Origin: an uncultured Clostridia bacterium
GTDB lineage: Bacteria > Bacillota > Clostridia > TANB77 > CAG-508
Assembly (NCBI GenBank): GCA_947626925.1
Contig: CANQTU010000001.1
Location: 2,714-66,713, forward strand
Length of the DNA stretch: 64,000 nt
Direction: 5' to 3'
In this document: one piece after another, positions 18,872-31,400 of the stretch
How the letters are laid out: every line of letters begins with the position of its first letter
Numbering within the stretch: position 1 is the first letter of the stretch
Position numbers and translations under genes: made by a program
The notes under the pieces: model-generated
What the model saw: the letters and a program-made list of their open reading frames with translations, nothing else
Databases searched by the model: none
Told to the model about the DNA's origin: nothing

Positions 18872-21800
18872 CTACCTCCTTTCTCTTATTTGTGTTTTTA
18901 ATACTTTTTTATTTATTAAATAAATTCCTACTGCTAAAACTATAATCATTGTTGTAATTAGCGTGAAGTAAATAATTGCAGAACCTGTTCTAAGAGATAT
19001 AATTACTTCTGCTGTACTAATGTCATCTTCATCTTCTACTTTATTTCCTTCTACAGAATCTATATCAGATAAAGAAAAGTCATTACTTGTTTTATATATT
19101 TCTGCTGTATTAATACTTGTTTGTATATTATTAGCAGTCATTGTTTTTACTAATGTTAGAGTTATTTCTTTTGTTTCATTTGGCTGAATTATTTCATTTG
19201 TTAATTCTTTTGTTATTAATTGTCCGTTTGTAGATTGATACCAATTTTTATTTATTTCTGAACTAAATGTTAAGTCTTCTGGTTTATAATCAATTATTTC
19301 ATTTACATAACCAGGTACTTCTCCTTCATTAGTAACAATCATTTTGTATTCAATAAGAACTGTACTGTTTATAATTTCTTTACTGTCAATCTCTACTTTA
19401 GCTAATTTTTCTTTATCATATTGTCTTACGGTAGTTCCTTTATTATTTTGTACTATAATTCTATCAACATATTTATCTAATTTAAAATCAAATTTTTCAG
19501 CTTCAATAAAACCTGCATCTATGTTTAATAGATCTTCATTTTCTAATTCTAATGTTTCTGTTATAGCAACATTCGTTTCTACTCCATCCAAGTTTATTTT
19601 TTTTGCAATAACATCAGAATTATTAGTCTCATTAATTCCCTCTTTTTGATATTGTGTTATTTGATATTGTTGTGTATTATACTTAAATATAACCGTATAT
19701 TTACCTTTTTCTAAATCTGTAAATTCATAATTACCATTTTCGTCTGTACTACTTGTTGTAGTTATTTCATTATCTTTTACTAATAAAACTTCAATATCTT
19801 TTAATAATTTTTCTCTTGATTCTCTAGAACCATTTTTATTTTCATCTTCCCATGCAACACCTTGAATATTATAAGTTTCGTTATCATCTGGGTCTGTTGG
19901 ATTGTCTGGATCATCCGGATCTATTGGATTGTTTGGATCATCCGGATCTATCGGATTATCTGGATCATCTGTATCATCTGGATCTTTTTCTTGTATTACT
20001 TTATATGTAACTGAATTACATTTTATTTCTTGTCCAAAAGTTGCTAAATCAATTTCATTAGTAATTTCTTCTTCAAAAATTTGACTTGTATCTATAGTAG
20101 TTTCAATTGTCAACACATATCTTTGATTTGGACCTAAATTAATTTCATCATTAATATTATTTTCTTCTATATTTGTAATTTCTCTTGTTTGTGTTAAGGT
20201 ATCTTCTTCTTCAGAAATATTGTATATTTCTACAGTAACTTTAGATATAACTGCCCCAATTGGAACACTATCATTAATTGAAATTTCTTTTTCAATATTT
20301 CCTTGATTTTCAAGTGTGAAAATATAATTTAATTTATCACCATTTTTTACTTCGTTTCCTTCAACACTTCCTACTTGATTAGCAACAAAAAATGTATTAA
20401 AGTTATGAATGGTTTGCTTTAATTCGTTTGAAAAATATTCTTTTTCATTTAGTGTAGCTTTATAAATAAAATTATAATCTTTTTGGTTTAGTGAATAATC
20501 TATATCTTCAATATCTACCATAAGTCTTATTGATATTGTTTGTGATATATCAATTTGTGGTATTTTTAATGTTAATATACGATCTTCATAACTGATAAAT
20601 TCATATCCTTCAGTTTCTGTATCAAATAGATAATCTCTCTCAAAATAAAATCCTTCTGGTACTTCGTATTCTAATATTACATCATTTTGTACCTGACCTG
20701 ATATATTTTTTACATCGAAGAAAAATGGATAAATTCCTCCTGTTTCCAATTCATCATCAACTTCATATTTATCTTTTAGTTGTAGTTTTAATTCTGCTTG
20801 TTTGATAGGGTTTGTATATGTATCACATTGTTGTTCTTCCTCTTCATCTATAAATATTTTTATTTTACCAGATGTTGTTTCTCCTTCACCTTCTACTTCT
20901 TTTACAGAAAATTGATAGCCTACTTCCACACTTTGTCCTACTGGTAATGTATCAATACTAATTTCCTTTTCTGTTAAATCTGGAACTTCTTCTAAAAGCC
21001 TATAATCTACACCTTCTGTATCTGTTCCAGAATCCCATCCATCATGGTAAGTAACATAGTCATAGAAAATAGCATTGTTTTGAGTTGCTTTAATATTAAT
21101 GTTATTTAAGTCTTCTTCTGAGGTATTAGTTATTTTTAAAATATAACGAACACCTTGTCCTTCATAAACTTCTTGATTTTCTGCTAAAGTTTTTCCAGCT
21201 GTTCTTCCTTGTAATTCAACTGTAATTTTATCTGTTTCCATTGTTTTCACAATTGGTTTTTCTTGTTCTTCTTCAGTTTCTAAAGAAATAGTTGAATTAG
21301 ATGAAAGAGCTTCTCCTTGATATTTGTAGTTTAATGTTAGTTTTGTATAAGTACTCTCATTTTCTTTTAATCCTTCAGGTATTTCCAATGGATAAGCTAA
21401 TTTAATAGTTTCACCTGCTGATATATTATTTTCTGGTAATTCTACTTTGAATGCTTTAGCAGTTGTGATATCTTCAATTGTATCTTGCCATGTATTGCTA
21501 TCTGTAGTTGCATTGGCATCTTGTGAGTAATAAACTTTTGATTCTTTTCCTTCTACATTAAGTTGTTGTTTAAGCTTCATTTCAAATGTAGAGTTTAATA
21601 TTTCTTTTCCTACTTTTTCTTTTTCTTGAGTTGGTATTTTTCCTATAATTACTAAATCTGTTATTTCACTTTCATAATTGTTTACAATTGTAATTTGTTG
21701 TTTTGCTTCTTTTGCACTTGATAGTTTATCTAATGTTGCATTAGTTACTTTATCATCTATAGTTTCTACTACATCTTGGTTTTCATTATAATTAGAAAGT

Positions 21801-23830
21801 TTATTAACTGTTAAAACACCATATTTAGAATTTAATTGTATTGGAGTAACTGCTGAAAAGCTTTCTCCTTGCCTATTTTCATTAGTATAATTCATAGTTA
21901 TTTGTGATTGTTTTGTTGGGGTTTCTTTTTGTATTGAAATACTTGCTGTAATAGCTATTTGTATTCCTTCATTAATATTGTTTTCAAAAGCTTTTTGTTC
22001 CCCTCTTAATTCTAAATGTAAAACTGTTTCTCCATTTTCATTTTTATATAAGTTTTTATTAGTAATTTGTAATTGCTCTTGTGCATTAAGCTGTGAAATA
22101 TTTTCTTGACTTATTTCTAACTCTTTTGGGAATGTAATATCTACACTTGGGTTTTTGTATAAATCATATTGCTCATTATTGCTTTTTAAAGTTATTAATA
22201 ATTGTACATTATCATTGTTTTGTAAAGTTGATAAGTTTGGATTATTTATACTTATATTTGCTTCTGTTTTTGTGTCTAATAAAGATATTTCTGTACCTAT
22301 TGTTTCTTGTGATATATTTGTTATAATATTAGTTTTACTGTCTAATTTAACAAAAGTTTTTAATTGTTCTTTTGTATAATTATTATTTGATTTAATTGAC
22401 TTTGTGCTAGAAATAGTAAAGTTTCCTTCACTAATTGGTTTACTTGTAACTATTTCTATACTTTTTGTTGGTATTTCATAATTAATTACAATATTACCTT
22501 GTCCATCAACTTCTGTGTCTTTATTAATTACAAAAATATTTTCATTTTGGTCTGTTATTGTAATTTGTCCGTCTTCACCAAAAATTCTGTTGAATTCTTC
22601 TTTTTGTATTTTAGTATTTTTATATACTACATTTTCACTAATATCAAAAGCTTTCTCATAATTATCTATGAATTGTTCACTTGCATTTGATATGTGTATT
22701 TCATCTATTGCTTCTACATTTGATATTTGCATCATGTTATTTTCTATAAATGTAGTTTCATTTTCTGTTTTCGCATATAGATATCCTTTGTATAGTGCAT
22801 TTGTTGCTGCTTTACTACTTGATAAGATATTTCCTTTTTCTTCTATTTCTAATGATTTATCTTCTTGTTTTTGTATAAAGTTCTTTGTGAACAATTTTGT
22901 ATTAATACATGATTTTAATTGAATTGTTCTTTTTTGGAAATTAACATTTTGGTCATATATATAAACTACTTGATATGTATTTGCTCCGCTTCCCCAAATT
23001 ATTTTATTGTTTTGATTTATTGGATTTGCATTTTTTATTTCTAATACATTTGTTTCTTTATTAAATTGTACATTTTCTTCAGATAATTTAATTCCATTAC
23101 ATATTACATAAATTTGCTTTGGTTGTTGATTATCTAATATAGGTACTTGTACTAATAAATTTTCGCTTTCTCGTGGTAATGCATTGTTTAATACTTCTGT
23201 TGTAATTCTTTGTTGTAATAAAACATTTTTGTTTGAGTCTATTGATTTATATTTTTCAATTTCTTGTGATAATACAACATCTGTATCTTGTGTCCAATTT
23301 ATTTTTATTTTCCTTTGTGTGTATATTTTTTTATCTGTATCTGTTTTATATGTTCCTTCTAAGTTAATATTGATTTCCTTTTGAAAATAATCTTGTTCAA
23401 ATTGGTCTTGCTTATTAAACAAAATTGGAATTTCTATTTTAATGTCATTTTTATAGACAATAGGATTTAATTCAATTTCATTAGTTTGAGTATTTACACT
23501 TTTTACATAACTATTGTTAATTTTATCCTGTACTATTCTAAAGTTTGGGTTCTCTATACTTATCTTTCCATCATTAAATACTCCCGTCCCTGTTACATTA
23601 ATGTTTAAGGTAAGGAGTTCTTCGTTAGATATTTGAACCTCTTTTTCATGTGTAATATTTTCTCCGTTTTTTAGATAAGCATCAAATTTCACATTTTCAA
23701 GATTAGTATCTTCTCCCATGGCCATTACTATGTTTTGACCAATAATTAGAAAATTGAACATCAATAAAATACTAACCAAAATTGATGCTAAAACCTGTCT
23801 TAAAATTTGTTTTAAAATTCTCCCTTTCAT
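18872..23830 (-). CDS. giant repetitive cell-surface protein, type A copy 1 (1652 aa)
   Basis: N-terminal signal/anchor, long Ig-like repetitive body and a DP-rich linker. SdrD-B-like module (IQGVAWEDENKNG...NGNYEFTDLEKGKYTV). C-terminal DUF11-like domain ending in EDDISTAEV, then SLRTGS + TM + basic tail. The stop is 4 nt from the start of B1. Confidence 0.8.
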   Translation of the reverse strand: MKGRILKQILRQVLASILVSILLMFNFLIIGQNIVMAMGEDTNLENVKFDAYLKNGENITHEKEVQISNEELLTLNINVTGTGVFNDGKISIENPNFRIVQDKINNSYVKSVNTQTNEIELNPIVYKNDIKIEIPILFNKQDQFEQDYFQKEININLEGTYKTDTDKKIYTQRKIKINWTQDTDVVLSQEIEKYKSIDSNKNVLLQQRITTEVLNNALPRESENLLVQVPILDNQQPKQIYVICNGIKLSEENVQFNKETNVLEIKNANPINQNNKIIWGSGANTYQVVYIYDQNVNFQKRTIQLKSCINTKLFTKNFIQKQEDKSLEIEEKGNILSSSKAATNALYKGYLYAKTENETTFIENNMMQISNVEAIDEIHISNASEQFIDNYEKAFDISENVVYKNTKIQKEEFNRIFGEDGQITITDQNENIFVINKDTEVDGQGNIVINYEIPTKSIEIVTSKPISEGNFTISSTKSIKSNNNYTKEQLKTFVKLDSKTNIITNISQETIGTEISLLDTKTEANISINNPNLSTLQNNDNVQLLITLKSNNEQYDLYKNPSVDITFPKELEISQENISQLNAQEQLQITNKNLYKNENGETVLHLELRGEQKAFENNINEGIQIAITASISIQKETPTKQSQITMNYTNENRQGESFSAVTPIQLNSKYGVLTVNKLSNYNENQDVVETIDDKVTNATLDKLSSAKEAKQQITIVNNYESEITDLVIIGKIPTQEKEKVGKEILNSTFEMKLKQQLNVEGKESKVYYSQDANATTDSNTWQDTIEDITTAKAFKVELPENNISAGETIKLAYPLEIPEGLKENESTYTKLTLNYKYQGEALSSNSTISLETEEEQEKPIVKTMETDKITVELQGRTAGKTLAENQEVYEGQGVRYILKITNTSEEDLNNINIKATQNNAIFYDYVTYHDGWDSGTDTEGVDYRLLEEVPDLTEKEISIDTLPVGQSVEVGYQFSVKEVEGEGETTSGKIKIFIDEEEEQQCDTYTNPIKQAELKLQLKDKYEVDDELETGGIYPFFFDVKNISGQVQNDVILEYEVPEGFYFERDYLFDTETEGYEFISYEDRILTLKIPQIDISQTISIRLMVDIEDIDYSLNQKDYNFIYKATLNEKEYFSNELKQTIHNFNTFFVANQVGSVEGNEVKNGDKLNYIFTLENQGNIEKEISINDSVPIGAVISKVTVEIYNISEEEDTLTQTREITNIEENNINDEINLGPNQRYVLTIETTIDTSQIFEEEITNEIDLATFGQEIKCNSVTYKVIQEKDPDDTDDPDNPIDPDDPNNPIDPDDPDNPTDPDDNETYNIQGVAWEDENKNGSRESREKLLKDIEVLLVKDNEITTTSSTDENGNYEFTDLEKGKYTVIFKYNTQQYQITQYQKEGINETNNSDVIAKKINLDGVETNVAITETLELENEDLLNIDAGFIEAEKFDFKLDKYVDRIIVQNNKGTTVRQYDKEKLAKVEIDSKEIINSTVLIEYKMIVTNEGEVPGYVNEIIDYKPEDLTFSSEINKNWYQSTNGQLITKELTNEIIQPNETKEITLTLVKTMTANNIQTSINTAEIYKTSNDFSLSDIDSVEGNKVEDEDDISTAEVIISLRTGSAIIYFTLITTMIIVLAVGIYLINKKVLKTQIRERR
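19899..19979 (-). repeat. 3 x 27-bp in-frame tandem repeat encoding the (DPDDPxNPI)n linker of A1
   Basis: Units at 19899-19925, 19926-19952 and 19953-19979: ggattgtctggatcatccggatctatt / ggattgtttggatcatccggatctatc / ggattatctggatcatctgtatcatct. Confidence 0.85.
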
Positions 23831-24064
23831 ATGTACCTCCTATTGTCATACTTATTCCTTTTAATATTAATTGTTTTTATTTTAGAAATCAATGGGTATT
23901 TTTGGATATACCAGTATTCTGAGCGTATTAATATTACGGAAACTATTGATTAAAGAAAGGATTTTATTTATTAAGTTTTGTTTACATTTCAATTACATTT
24001 TTTGCTTTATTTAAGCAATTTTCTTGAATATCTTATTTACGTAAGAGTTCAAAAGATTACAAAA

Positions 24065-24093
24065 AGAAGTAGAGGTTTGTTTCCTCTACTTCT
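24065..24093 (-). terminator. rho-independent terminator after B2 (agaagtagagg-N7-cctctacttct + T-run)
   Basis: 11-bp perfect stem 21 nt downstream of the B2 stop. It separates the A2-B2 and A1-B1 transcription units. Confidence 0.75.
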
Positions 24094-24113
24094 TTTTTAT
24101 GGTGTTTTTGTTA

Positions 24114-27100
24114 TTATTCTTTGTCTACTACTTTCTTTTTAATTACTATTACACCTACTCCTAAGATTATAAGTGCTGATACTCCAATTGCTATTGGGAT
24201 AATGTAGTTTTTATCTTTACCTGTTGGTGTAGTAACTGTTACAGCTTCACCTTGGTCATATAGACGTGATGTTCTTACGTCTGGTATTCTTCCTGTTAGA
24301 GTTTCACGTTTTGACTCTGTTATTTCTGTATCGTTATTTAAGTTTATTTCATCAGTATTTGATAATATTTTTGATGTATATAATTTTGCTGTATTAGACT
24401 GACCTGGTTCTAATGTTTTCTCTAATGCTTTGTTTTCAATTATTGTGCTGTTATTTAGTTTTACATCTCTTAATGTCATATTTTCTTGCATTTCTACTAC
24501 CCATTCTTTTAATAATCTTGAGTATTCTTCTATAGATGTTTCGAATTTGTAGCTTCCATCTTCTTGCTTGCTTTCTTCAAAGTATTTTTCTACAGCTGTT
24601 TTGCTATATTTTTCATTATAGCTTGTATCAGTAATTACTTGTTGCCATCCTTGTTCTTCGTTGTTTTTACTTGTGTCTAATGTCATTCCATTGTCAAAGT
24701 AGTCATATACACCGGTTGGTGTTATTTTAACTTTATTAGTTTTATTTTCACCATATTTATAGTATTCCTCAGTAGCATAATCTGTTTCACTATTGTTTTC
24801 AACTTTAAAGGTATACTCAATTTGCATTTTTGCATCTTGTATTAATTCATTGTCTATTTCTGCTTTTACAAATCCTTTGTTATCACCAGATGGTGCCATA
24901 TAAGTTAATCCTTTAATAGAATCTCCTACTAATTTTCCATTTTCTACTCTTGCATCCATTAATGTTAAACCATTTGCAAGTGTTACTTTAATTGCTGTTA
25001 CATCTTTTGAAATATTTAATATTTGTCTTGGTCTTTCTACTATACCAAAGTCTATGTTTGGTATAACATTTACAAATGTTTCTCCTGTAGGGTCATCAGT
25101 TTTTACTCCATATTCTATGCCAATATCCATCTTAGGTGTTGTAGAATCCATTGTTTTTGATGTATCTATAATTTTTGCCATATCTGTCATTTCACTATCA
25201 ATAGTTTTTCTTAATTCGTAATTATCGATAGCATCTGAATATCTAGGAGTTTCTGTTTCATACCATTTACTATTGTTTGCTCTATCTTTGTTTACATAGA
25301 TTGTTCCCTTATATTCTTGTACATCAATCTGAGTACCATCAGCTGAATAAGTATTATTTCCCCATGTGTAAGTTACTTGATAATCACCTGGTATATAACC
25401 TTCAATTTCAAATTGTCCATTTCCTTCTGTTGCATCATAAGTATATACTTTTCCAGCTCCAGATATTTCTGTTAATGTAACTTTAACTCCACTAATTCCA
25501 CTTTCTTTGTCATCATATTGTCCATTTCCTAAACGCTCATTTTCGCTTGTTAATTTTGATTCATCTAGGAATATTGTACCTGTCATCTTTCTTGCATTTG
25601 CTACTTCTAATTTTAGAGCTGGGCTTGCATCTGTATCATCCTCATAAGTATTTTTATCGTTTGGTACACAGTTACCTGGATTTGAATCCATATCTACTCC
25701 TGCATAAGCATTTCCGTCACTATCAAAGCATGAATATGTATTAATTTCTACTACATTGTTTAGTAGGTCTTTATCAGATTGAACTCCTTTGTCTCTTAAT
25801 ATGTCTACAATTGCTTGTTTGCTTAATTGGAATTCAACATAAATTTCTTGCTCTTTTTCACCTTCTAGATTTTGATTGCTATTAGTAATAATTGCCTTTT
25901 TATAACTATCATTATATGATGAGTCTTCACTTACTGTTAAGTCTTGTATTACATGTTTATTTCCATCTAATTGAGTTCCAACACCTACTAATGTATATCT
26001 ACTATCATAATATTCAATTATACTATTAACTTTAGTAAATATATTAGTAGATTGATTTCTTATTGTTATTTTATAAGTTATAAATGCTTGTAATTCTCCG
26101 TTTTTATTATCATTTGGATTTGGATCTGTATATTCAATGTCTGATTTATAAATTGCTCTTGTATATGTTTGGTTTCTTTCATTTCCAAATTTAACACCTA
26201 CATTGAATTTATCTTCGTTTTGTCCCATGTTTGCAAATCTTTTTGCATATTCATAAACATGATTTCTATCATTAATTTCTAATCTTACATTTTCTAGGTC
26301 TTTTACTAATGCAATATCTGGTTGTTCTCTTCTAGATAATCCAAGGTTAATATATTTGATTTCTGTTTGTCCTGTTCCAGGTGTATATTGGTCTTCTATT
26401 TTGAAACTTGCATCACTTGTATTAGCTGTTATTGGGAATGCACCTAGACTACTTTGTTCATAATATTTTCCTGCACTATCTGTTTTTTCTTGGTAAATTC
26501 CTTTATTAGCTAATTCTGATTTATAAGCTTCTGTATTATTATAAGTTAATGTATAATTTTGTGCTCCTCCACTTGTATGACCAGTATTTGCACTTTCTCC
26601 ATTTGTTGGTCCTTGTATTACACTGAAGTTTTTATTAAATTCTACTCTTGTTCCTGCATTTTCTATAGCTTTTGAACCTGGATTTACATTTAACATTTTG
26701 TCAACATTTGTATATGTTAATCCATCATATTCAAATTCTATATAATAGTGTGGTAGGTTTTCAATTTTTACTTTATCAAATGCATATTCACCATGTCCAT
26801 TATTTCCATTATCTGAATATTGACCCATTTTAGATGTTTTTGTAGTTGCTACTACTGTAGGTGGGTTTGTACTGTTATCCATAAGTCTTACAGTAATATT
26901 ATCTAATAAATAATCGTTTGCATCTTCATTTGAGCTATGGAATTGATCATTTGGTTCTGATTGTTTTACTGTGCTTATATTATCTAACCATACATAACCA
27001 GATAATTTAATATATGTTTGGTCATTTGGAACTTTTAATTTAACCTCTACAGTTTTCATTTTATCAACTGAAATTGTAAATGTTCCTGTTTTATTTACTA

Positions 27101-28421
27101 TTTCATAGTATTCATTTGCATTGCCAACTTCCTTGTATGTATATTTTCCTATGTCAAGGTCCTTAACAATAATTTTTCCTTTATTTTCTCCTGATTCTTC
27201 TGTAACAAATGTAGTTGCTTCTTCTTCTTTTTGTTTATAAGTAATTTTACCTTTACTATCTCTATGTACCCAACCTAATTTATTATGTTTAAATTTAAAT
27301 GATACATTTGGTAAAGTTAATTTATCATTTTTAGAATCTACTTTTATTAATTCTAAGTCTCCTACTACAGGAATATCATATGAAACATTAATACTGCTAT
27401 CAGTAGGTTCAGTAGTTTCTTTACCTTTTACAACTATTAGATTTTGGTAACCTGTTGAGTAGCTTCCATTAGAATTTACAGCTCGTAAGCAACAAATATC
27501 AGCTGTTACTTTAGGAACTTGTACTTCTTTTGTTTTTGCTGTTATTTTAGTAATTTTTGTAACATCATCATCTTTTCTTATACAAATATAAAAATTCTTT
27601 CCATTTACTATAGGTATATCTTTATTTTCATTACGTTTGTCTAAATCATACCATTTTTCTTCTTGTTTTCCTGAATTGTTAAAATATATAAGAACTTTCG
27701 CACCTGTTATATTTTTTCCATTTTGGTCATATATTTTAAGACTTTGTAAACCATCTGATGGAACACCCTTAAAGTTAAATGGTCCCACTCTTGTATATTG
27801 TACATCATTGTATGATTTTGTTTTTACCGTTATATTATTTTTAACTGTTTTATTGCTTAATTTTTCTACAGATACATCCATTTCTTTTATTTTATTATTT
27901 ACTTCTTCTTCTTTATTTACATATGTACCATCTGATAATTTTCGAGCAAAGTCTGCAGGTATACCAAAAATGCCTTTATCTTTGTATTCTCCTTGGTTTA
28001 CCCAACCTTTAAAGTATTGCCATATCCATTGTTGAAAACCTTCTCCTCTTCCGTCAGATATAGCTATTGCAGTTGCTAATTTTAGATTCTTTTTACTTTT
28101 TATTTCTCCATATTTTTTAATTTTATTACCATTTGCATTTAAACTTATTGCCACATTATTGTCAATTTTAATATGTGCTATAACTTTATAATAACCATGT
28201 TCTCTTAACGCTTTTTTATGTCTTACACAAAGTAGGTTATTTGAATGGTCTTCAACCCAACTTTTATATACTCCATAAACTTTTCCTTTTTCTAAATTTG
28301 TGCTAAACGTATTACTACCACTTTTTGTAAGATCTTTAGCTTCTACTTTAGGAACATTTACAAAAAATAGTGCAGTTAATATAAATAATAGGATAATTGT
28401 TATCTTTTTTAAATTCTTCAT
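24114..28421 (-). CDS. giant cell-surface adhesin-like protein, type B copy 2 (1435 aa)
   Basis: Signal peptide and the same architecture as B1: SpaA-like repeat, GYVWLDN SdrD-B-like module, DIALVKD DUF11-like segment, TGTIFLDES module. C-terminal TTPTG + TM + KKKVVDKE. Confidence 0.8.
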   Translation of the reverse strand: MKNLKKITIILLFILTALFFVNVPKVEAKDLTKSGSNTFSTNLEKGKVYGVYKSWVEDHSNNLLCVRHKKALREHGYYKVIAHIKIDNNVAISLNANGNKIKKYGEIKSKKNLKLATAIAISDGRGEGFQQWIWQYFKGWVNQGEYKDKGIFGIPADFARKLSDGTYVNKEEEVNNKIKEMDVSVEKLSNKTVKNNITVKTKSYNDVQYTRVGPFNFKGVPSDGLQSLKIYDQNGKNITGAKVLIYFNNSGKQEEKWYDLDKRNENKDIPIVNGKNFYICIRKDDDVTKITKITAKTKEVQVPKVTADICCLRAVNSNGSYSTGYQNLIVVKGKETTEPTDSSINVSYDIPVVGDLELIKVDSKNDKLTLPNVSFKFKHNKLGWVHRDSKGKITYKQKEEEATTFVTEESGENKGKIIVKDLDIGKYTYKEVGNANEYYEIVNKTGTFTISVDKMKTVEVKLKVPNDQTYIKLSGYVWLDNISTVKQSEPNDQFHSSNEDANDYLLDNITVRLMDNSTNPPTVVATTKTSKMGQYSDNGNNGHGEYAFDKVKIENLPHYYIEFEYDGLTYTNVDKMLNVNPGSKAIENAGTRVEFNKNFSVIQGPTNGESANTGHTSGGAQNYTLTYNNTEAYKSELANKGIYQEKTDSAGKYYEQSSLGAFPITANTSDASFKIEDQYTPGTGQTEIKYINLGLSRREQPDIALVKDLENVRLEINDRNHVYEYAKRFANMGQNEDKFNVGVKFGNERNQTYTRAIYKSDIEYTDPNPNDNKNGELQAFITYKITIRNQSTNIFTKVNSIIEYYDSRYTLVGVGTQLDGNKHVIQDLTVSEDSSYNDSYKKAIITNSNQNLEGEKEQEIYVEFQLSKQAIVDILRDKGVQSDKDLLNNVVEINTYSCFDSDGNAYAGVDMDSNPGNCVPNDKNTYEDDTDASPALKLEVANARKMTGTIFLDESKLTSENERLGNGQYDDKESGISGVKVTLTEISGAGKVYTYDATEGNGQFEIEGYIPGDYQVTYTWGNNTYSADGTQIDVQEYKGTIYVNKDRANNSKWYETETPRYSDAIDNYELRKTIDSEMTDMAKIIDTSKTMDSTTPKMDIGIEYGVKTDDPTGETFVNVIPNIDFGIVERPRQILNISKDVTAIKVTLANGLTLMDARVENGKLVGDSIKGLTYMAPSGDNKGFVKAEIDNELIQDAKMQIEYTFKVENNSETDYATEEYYKYGENKTNKVKITPTGVYDYFDNGMTLDTSKNNEEQGWQQVITDTSYNEKYSKTAVEKYFEESKQEDGSYKFETSIEEYSRLLKEWVVEMQENMTLRDVKLNNSTIIENKALEKTLEPGQSNTAKLYTSKILSNTDEINLNNDTEITESKRETLTGRIPDVRTSRLYDQGEAVTVTTPTGKDKNYIIPIAIGVSALIILGVGVIVIKKKVVDKE

Positions 28422-28438
28422 TGTTTCTACCTCCTTTC

Positions 28439-31400
28439 CTATATAATTTCATCATCTATTTGTTTTTTACTTTTTATTATTATAAAAGCTATTGTTCCAA
28501 TAATTGCTAGCACAACAATTATTAAAGAAATATATACAATACCACCAGTTCTAATACTTAAAATGACTTCACTACTACTCATATCATTTTCACCTTGCTT
28601 TTTATTTGCTGGTGTTGAGTTGCTATCTGATAATCCTAACTCATTGTAGTCTTCTGCAATCTCTGCTGTATTTCTAATTAAACCAGTATTATTTTCTGTC
28701 ATAGATTTTGTTAGTGTTAATGTTATTTTCTTAGATTCTCCTGCTTGTATTTTATCATTTGCTATACTTGCATTATATAATGCTCCATTGCTTTGATACC
28801 AGTCTTTATTCATTTCTGAACTGAAATTCAAGTCATTTGGCATATAGTCAACAATTTTTCTAGCATATCCTTCAACTTCTCCAACATTAGTAACAACAAT
28901 GTTATATTCAATAATTACTGTACTTCCATTAATTCTTTTAGCATCTAATTCTATTTTTGCCATATCTGTATTGCCATATTCTCTTACTGTTGTTCCAGCT
29001 GTGTCTTGAATTAAAATTCTACTTACATACTTGTCTAATTTTAAGTCAAAGTTTTTAAGTTCTATTAGTCCTAAATTGATATTTGCTATATCATTATCAC
29101 TAATTGTTATGATATCAGTTGCTGTTACTTTTTGTGCGTTACCATCTATTGTTAACTCATTAATTAACGCATTTGAGTTTTCATTATCTGAAATACCTTC
29201 TGCTTGATATTTAGTTACAGTATATCTTGCTGTGTCATATTCAAATATAACAATATATTTACCTTCTGCAATATTTTGTAAAATATATATGCCATTTTCA
29301 TTTGTTGTTGCTTCTGCTACAAATTGATTTGTTTCTGTGTTTAATAGTTTTACTTTAATATTTGATAATAAAGTCTCTGAAGCATCTTTTTTACCATCTG
29401 AATTTGCATCTAACCATGCAATACCTGTTACCATTCTTTCACCTTGTGGAATATTTTGATTTCCACTTTCTTCATTATCTCCACCTTGGTTATTATTACC
29501 ATTATCATCACCGTCTTCATCTTCTAATGCAAATGGTTTAATAATATGAGTTATTGCACTAGTTGTTGCAAGTTCTTCTCCATCATCTTCTATTACTGCT
29601 TTATTAGAAATTGCCTTTGCTTCTTCGTTTTCAATATAATCTACAAAAGTTTTTATTTGAACAGTTGTTGTAGCTTGTGCTTCTACATCTGTGTTAATAT
29701 TAATTTCATTTGTATTTCCTGATATTTGTTTTTCTTCTCCATTTACAATTATTGATTGTATTTCTAATTCTTCTGGGATTTCATCTATTACTTCAATTCC
29801 TCTAGTAGGTGCTGTTTCTGTATTTCTTAATGTAATAGTATAATCAATTTCATCACCCACATTAACATATTGAGATGTTGTATTTGTTGATATGTCTGCT
29901 TCTACATTGTATCGTAAAATTTTTCCTCCCCACATATTAGATCTTGTCTTATTTTTTCCTTCTACTGCATCAACAGATATTGTAAATAAATTTGCATTTT
30001 CTTCTGTATTTTTAACTTTTAATGTATAAGATAATACTTTTGTTTCTCCAACTGCTAAATCTCCTATATCCATTTCTTTTTGATAATTTAGTGGTGTTAC
30101 ATCATCATATGTAATATTATCGTCTTCTCCTTCTTGTAAATAAGCATTATCATCATAAATTTCTTCTTCATATATATTTTCATCTTTATTACTATCATCT
30201 GCTTCTTCTAAATCTTCATCTGATATTTCTTCTGTTAACATATTTGTAATAAGTTCTACTTGTAGTACATCTACATTGTCTGATAAATTTGTATGTACTT
30301 TTATATTTTTTTGTTCTTCTTGAGAAATATTTTCAACTATAGCATAATAATGTACATAATCTGTTGAATAAATAGGTGTGTCACTATTTGTAAGTTGTTT
30401 TAAACTAACTCTTAAATTTGCTGATTCGTTTATATTAGTAATAGAATTTGTTTTTGTTACTTCTCCATATTTTACTTGTGTTTCATTTTTTATTGTTGAA
30501 CCTACTGCTAAATCTGAGTTTACTCTTACTTCATATTCTAATGTTGTTTTTTCTCCAACTTTTAGATTTTCAAGTTTTGATTCATAAGCAGTTATATCAG
30601 TTTCTTCATAATAAGTAGCTCCTGTATATTCATAGTTTGCCATTGGTTGTACTAGTTTTGTTCCTTCTGGTACTTGTCCAAATACTGATATTTCTGATAT
30701 GTCTTCTGAACCAGTATTAGATACATCTATTTGATATTTTATAACTTCTCCATTTTTTACTATTGCATTATTTTCTAAAGCATCTGATCCTACTACAGCT
30801 TTTAGTGTAGTTTCAACTTGTGGTCCCACTCCTGTTTTCATAGCAATGTCAGTTGCTTTTATTTCACTTTCTACACCTGTTTCACTATTTGTTGATTTAA
30901 CAACATATCCTTCTGTTGCTGTTTCATTATATTCTAGGTTTTCTGGAATTTGCATTTTATAAGTTGCTTTTACACTAGATTGTGAATCTATTTTATCTAA
31001 TGCAATTAAATATTTTTTAGCTTCTGCACCATTTAAATTTTCTGTCCATGCATTTTCTGCATTTCCAAGTTCTTCAGTTGCATTCTCATTTGAAGTATAA
31101 TATACTTTTGCATTATCTATTTGAATTGGTTCATTAATAACAATACCCATATTATTTTGGCTACTGTTAGTTGGGAAGTTTCCTAATATTTTTACATTAT
31201 TAATTGTATTTGTATTACTATTTATAACTTCTAATTGTGATTCTACTTGTTTGCTTTCTGCACTTTTTTCCATTACAACTTCTGTTTGTTCTTCTTCACC
31301 AATAGTTTCTACAGATAATTCTTTAATACTATTTACTGTTGTTATTTCTCTTGGTGCTGTAATTTTAATATTTTGTGCTGAAATACCATCATTTGCATAA

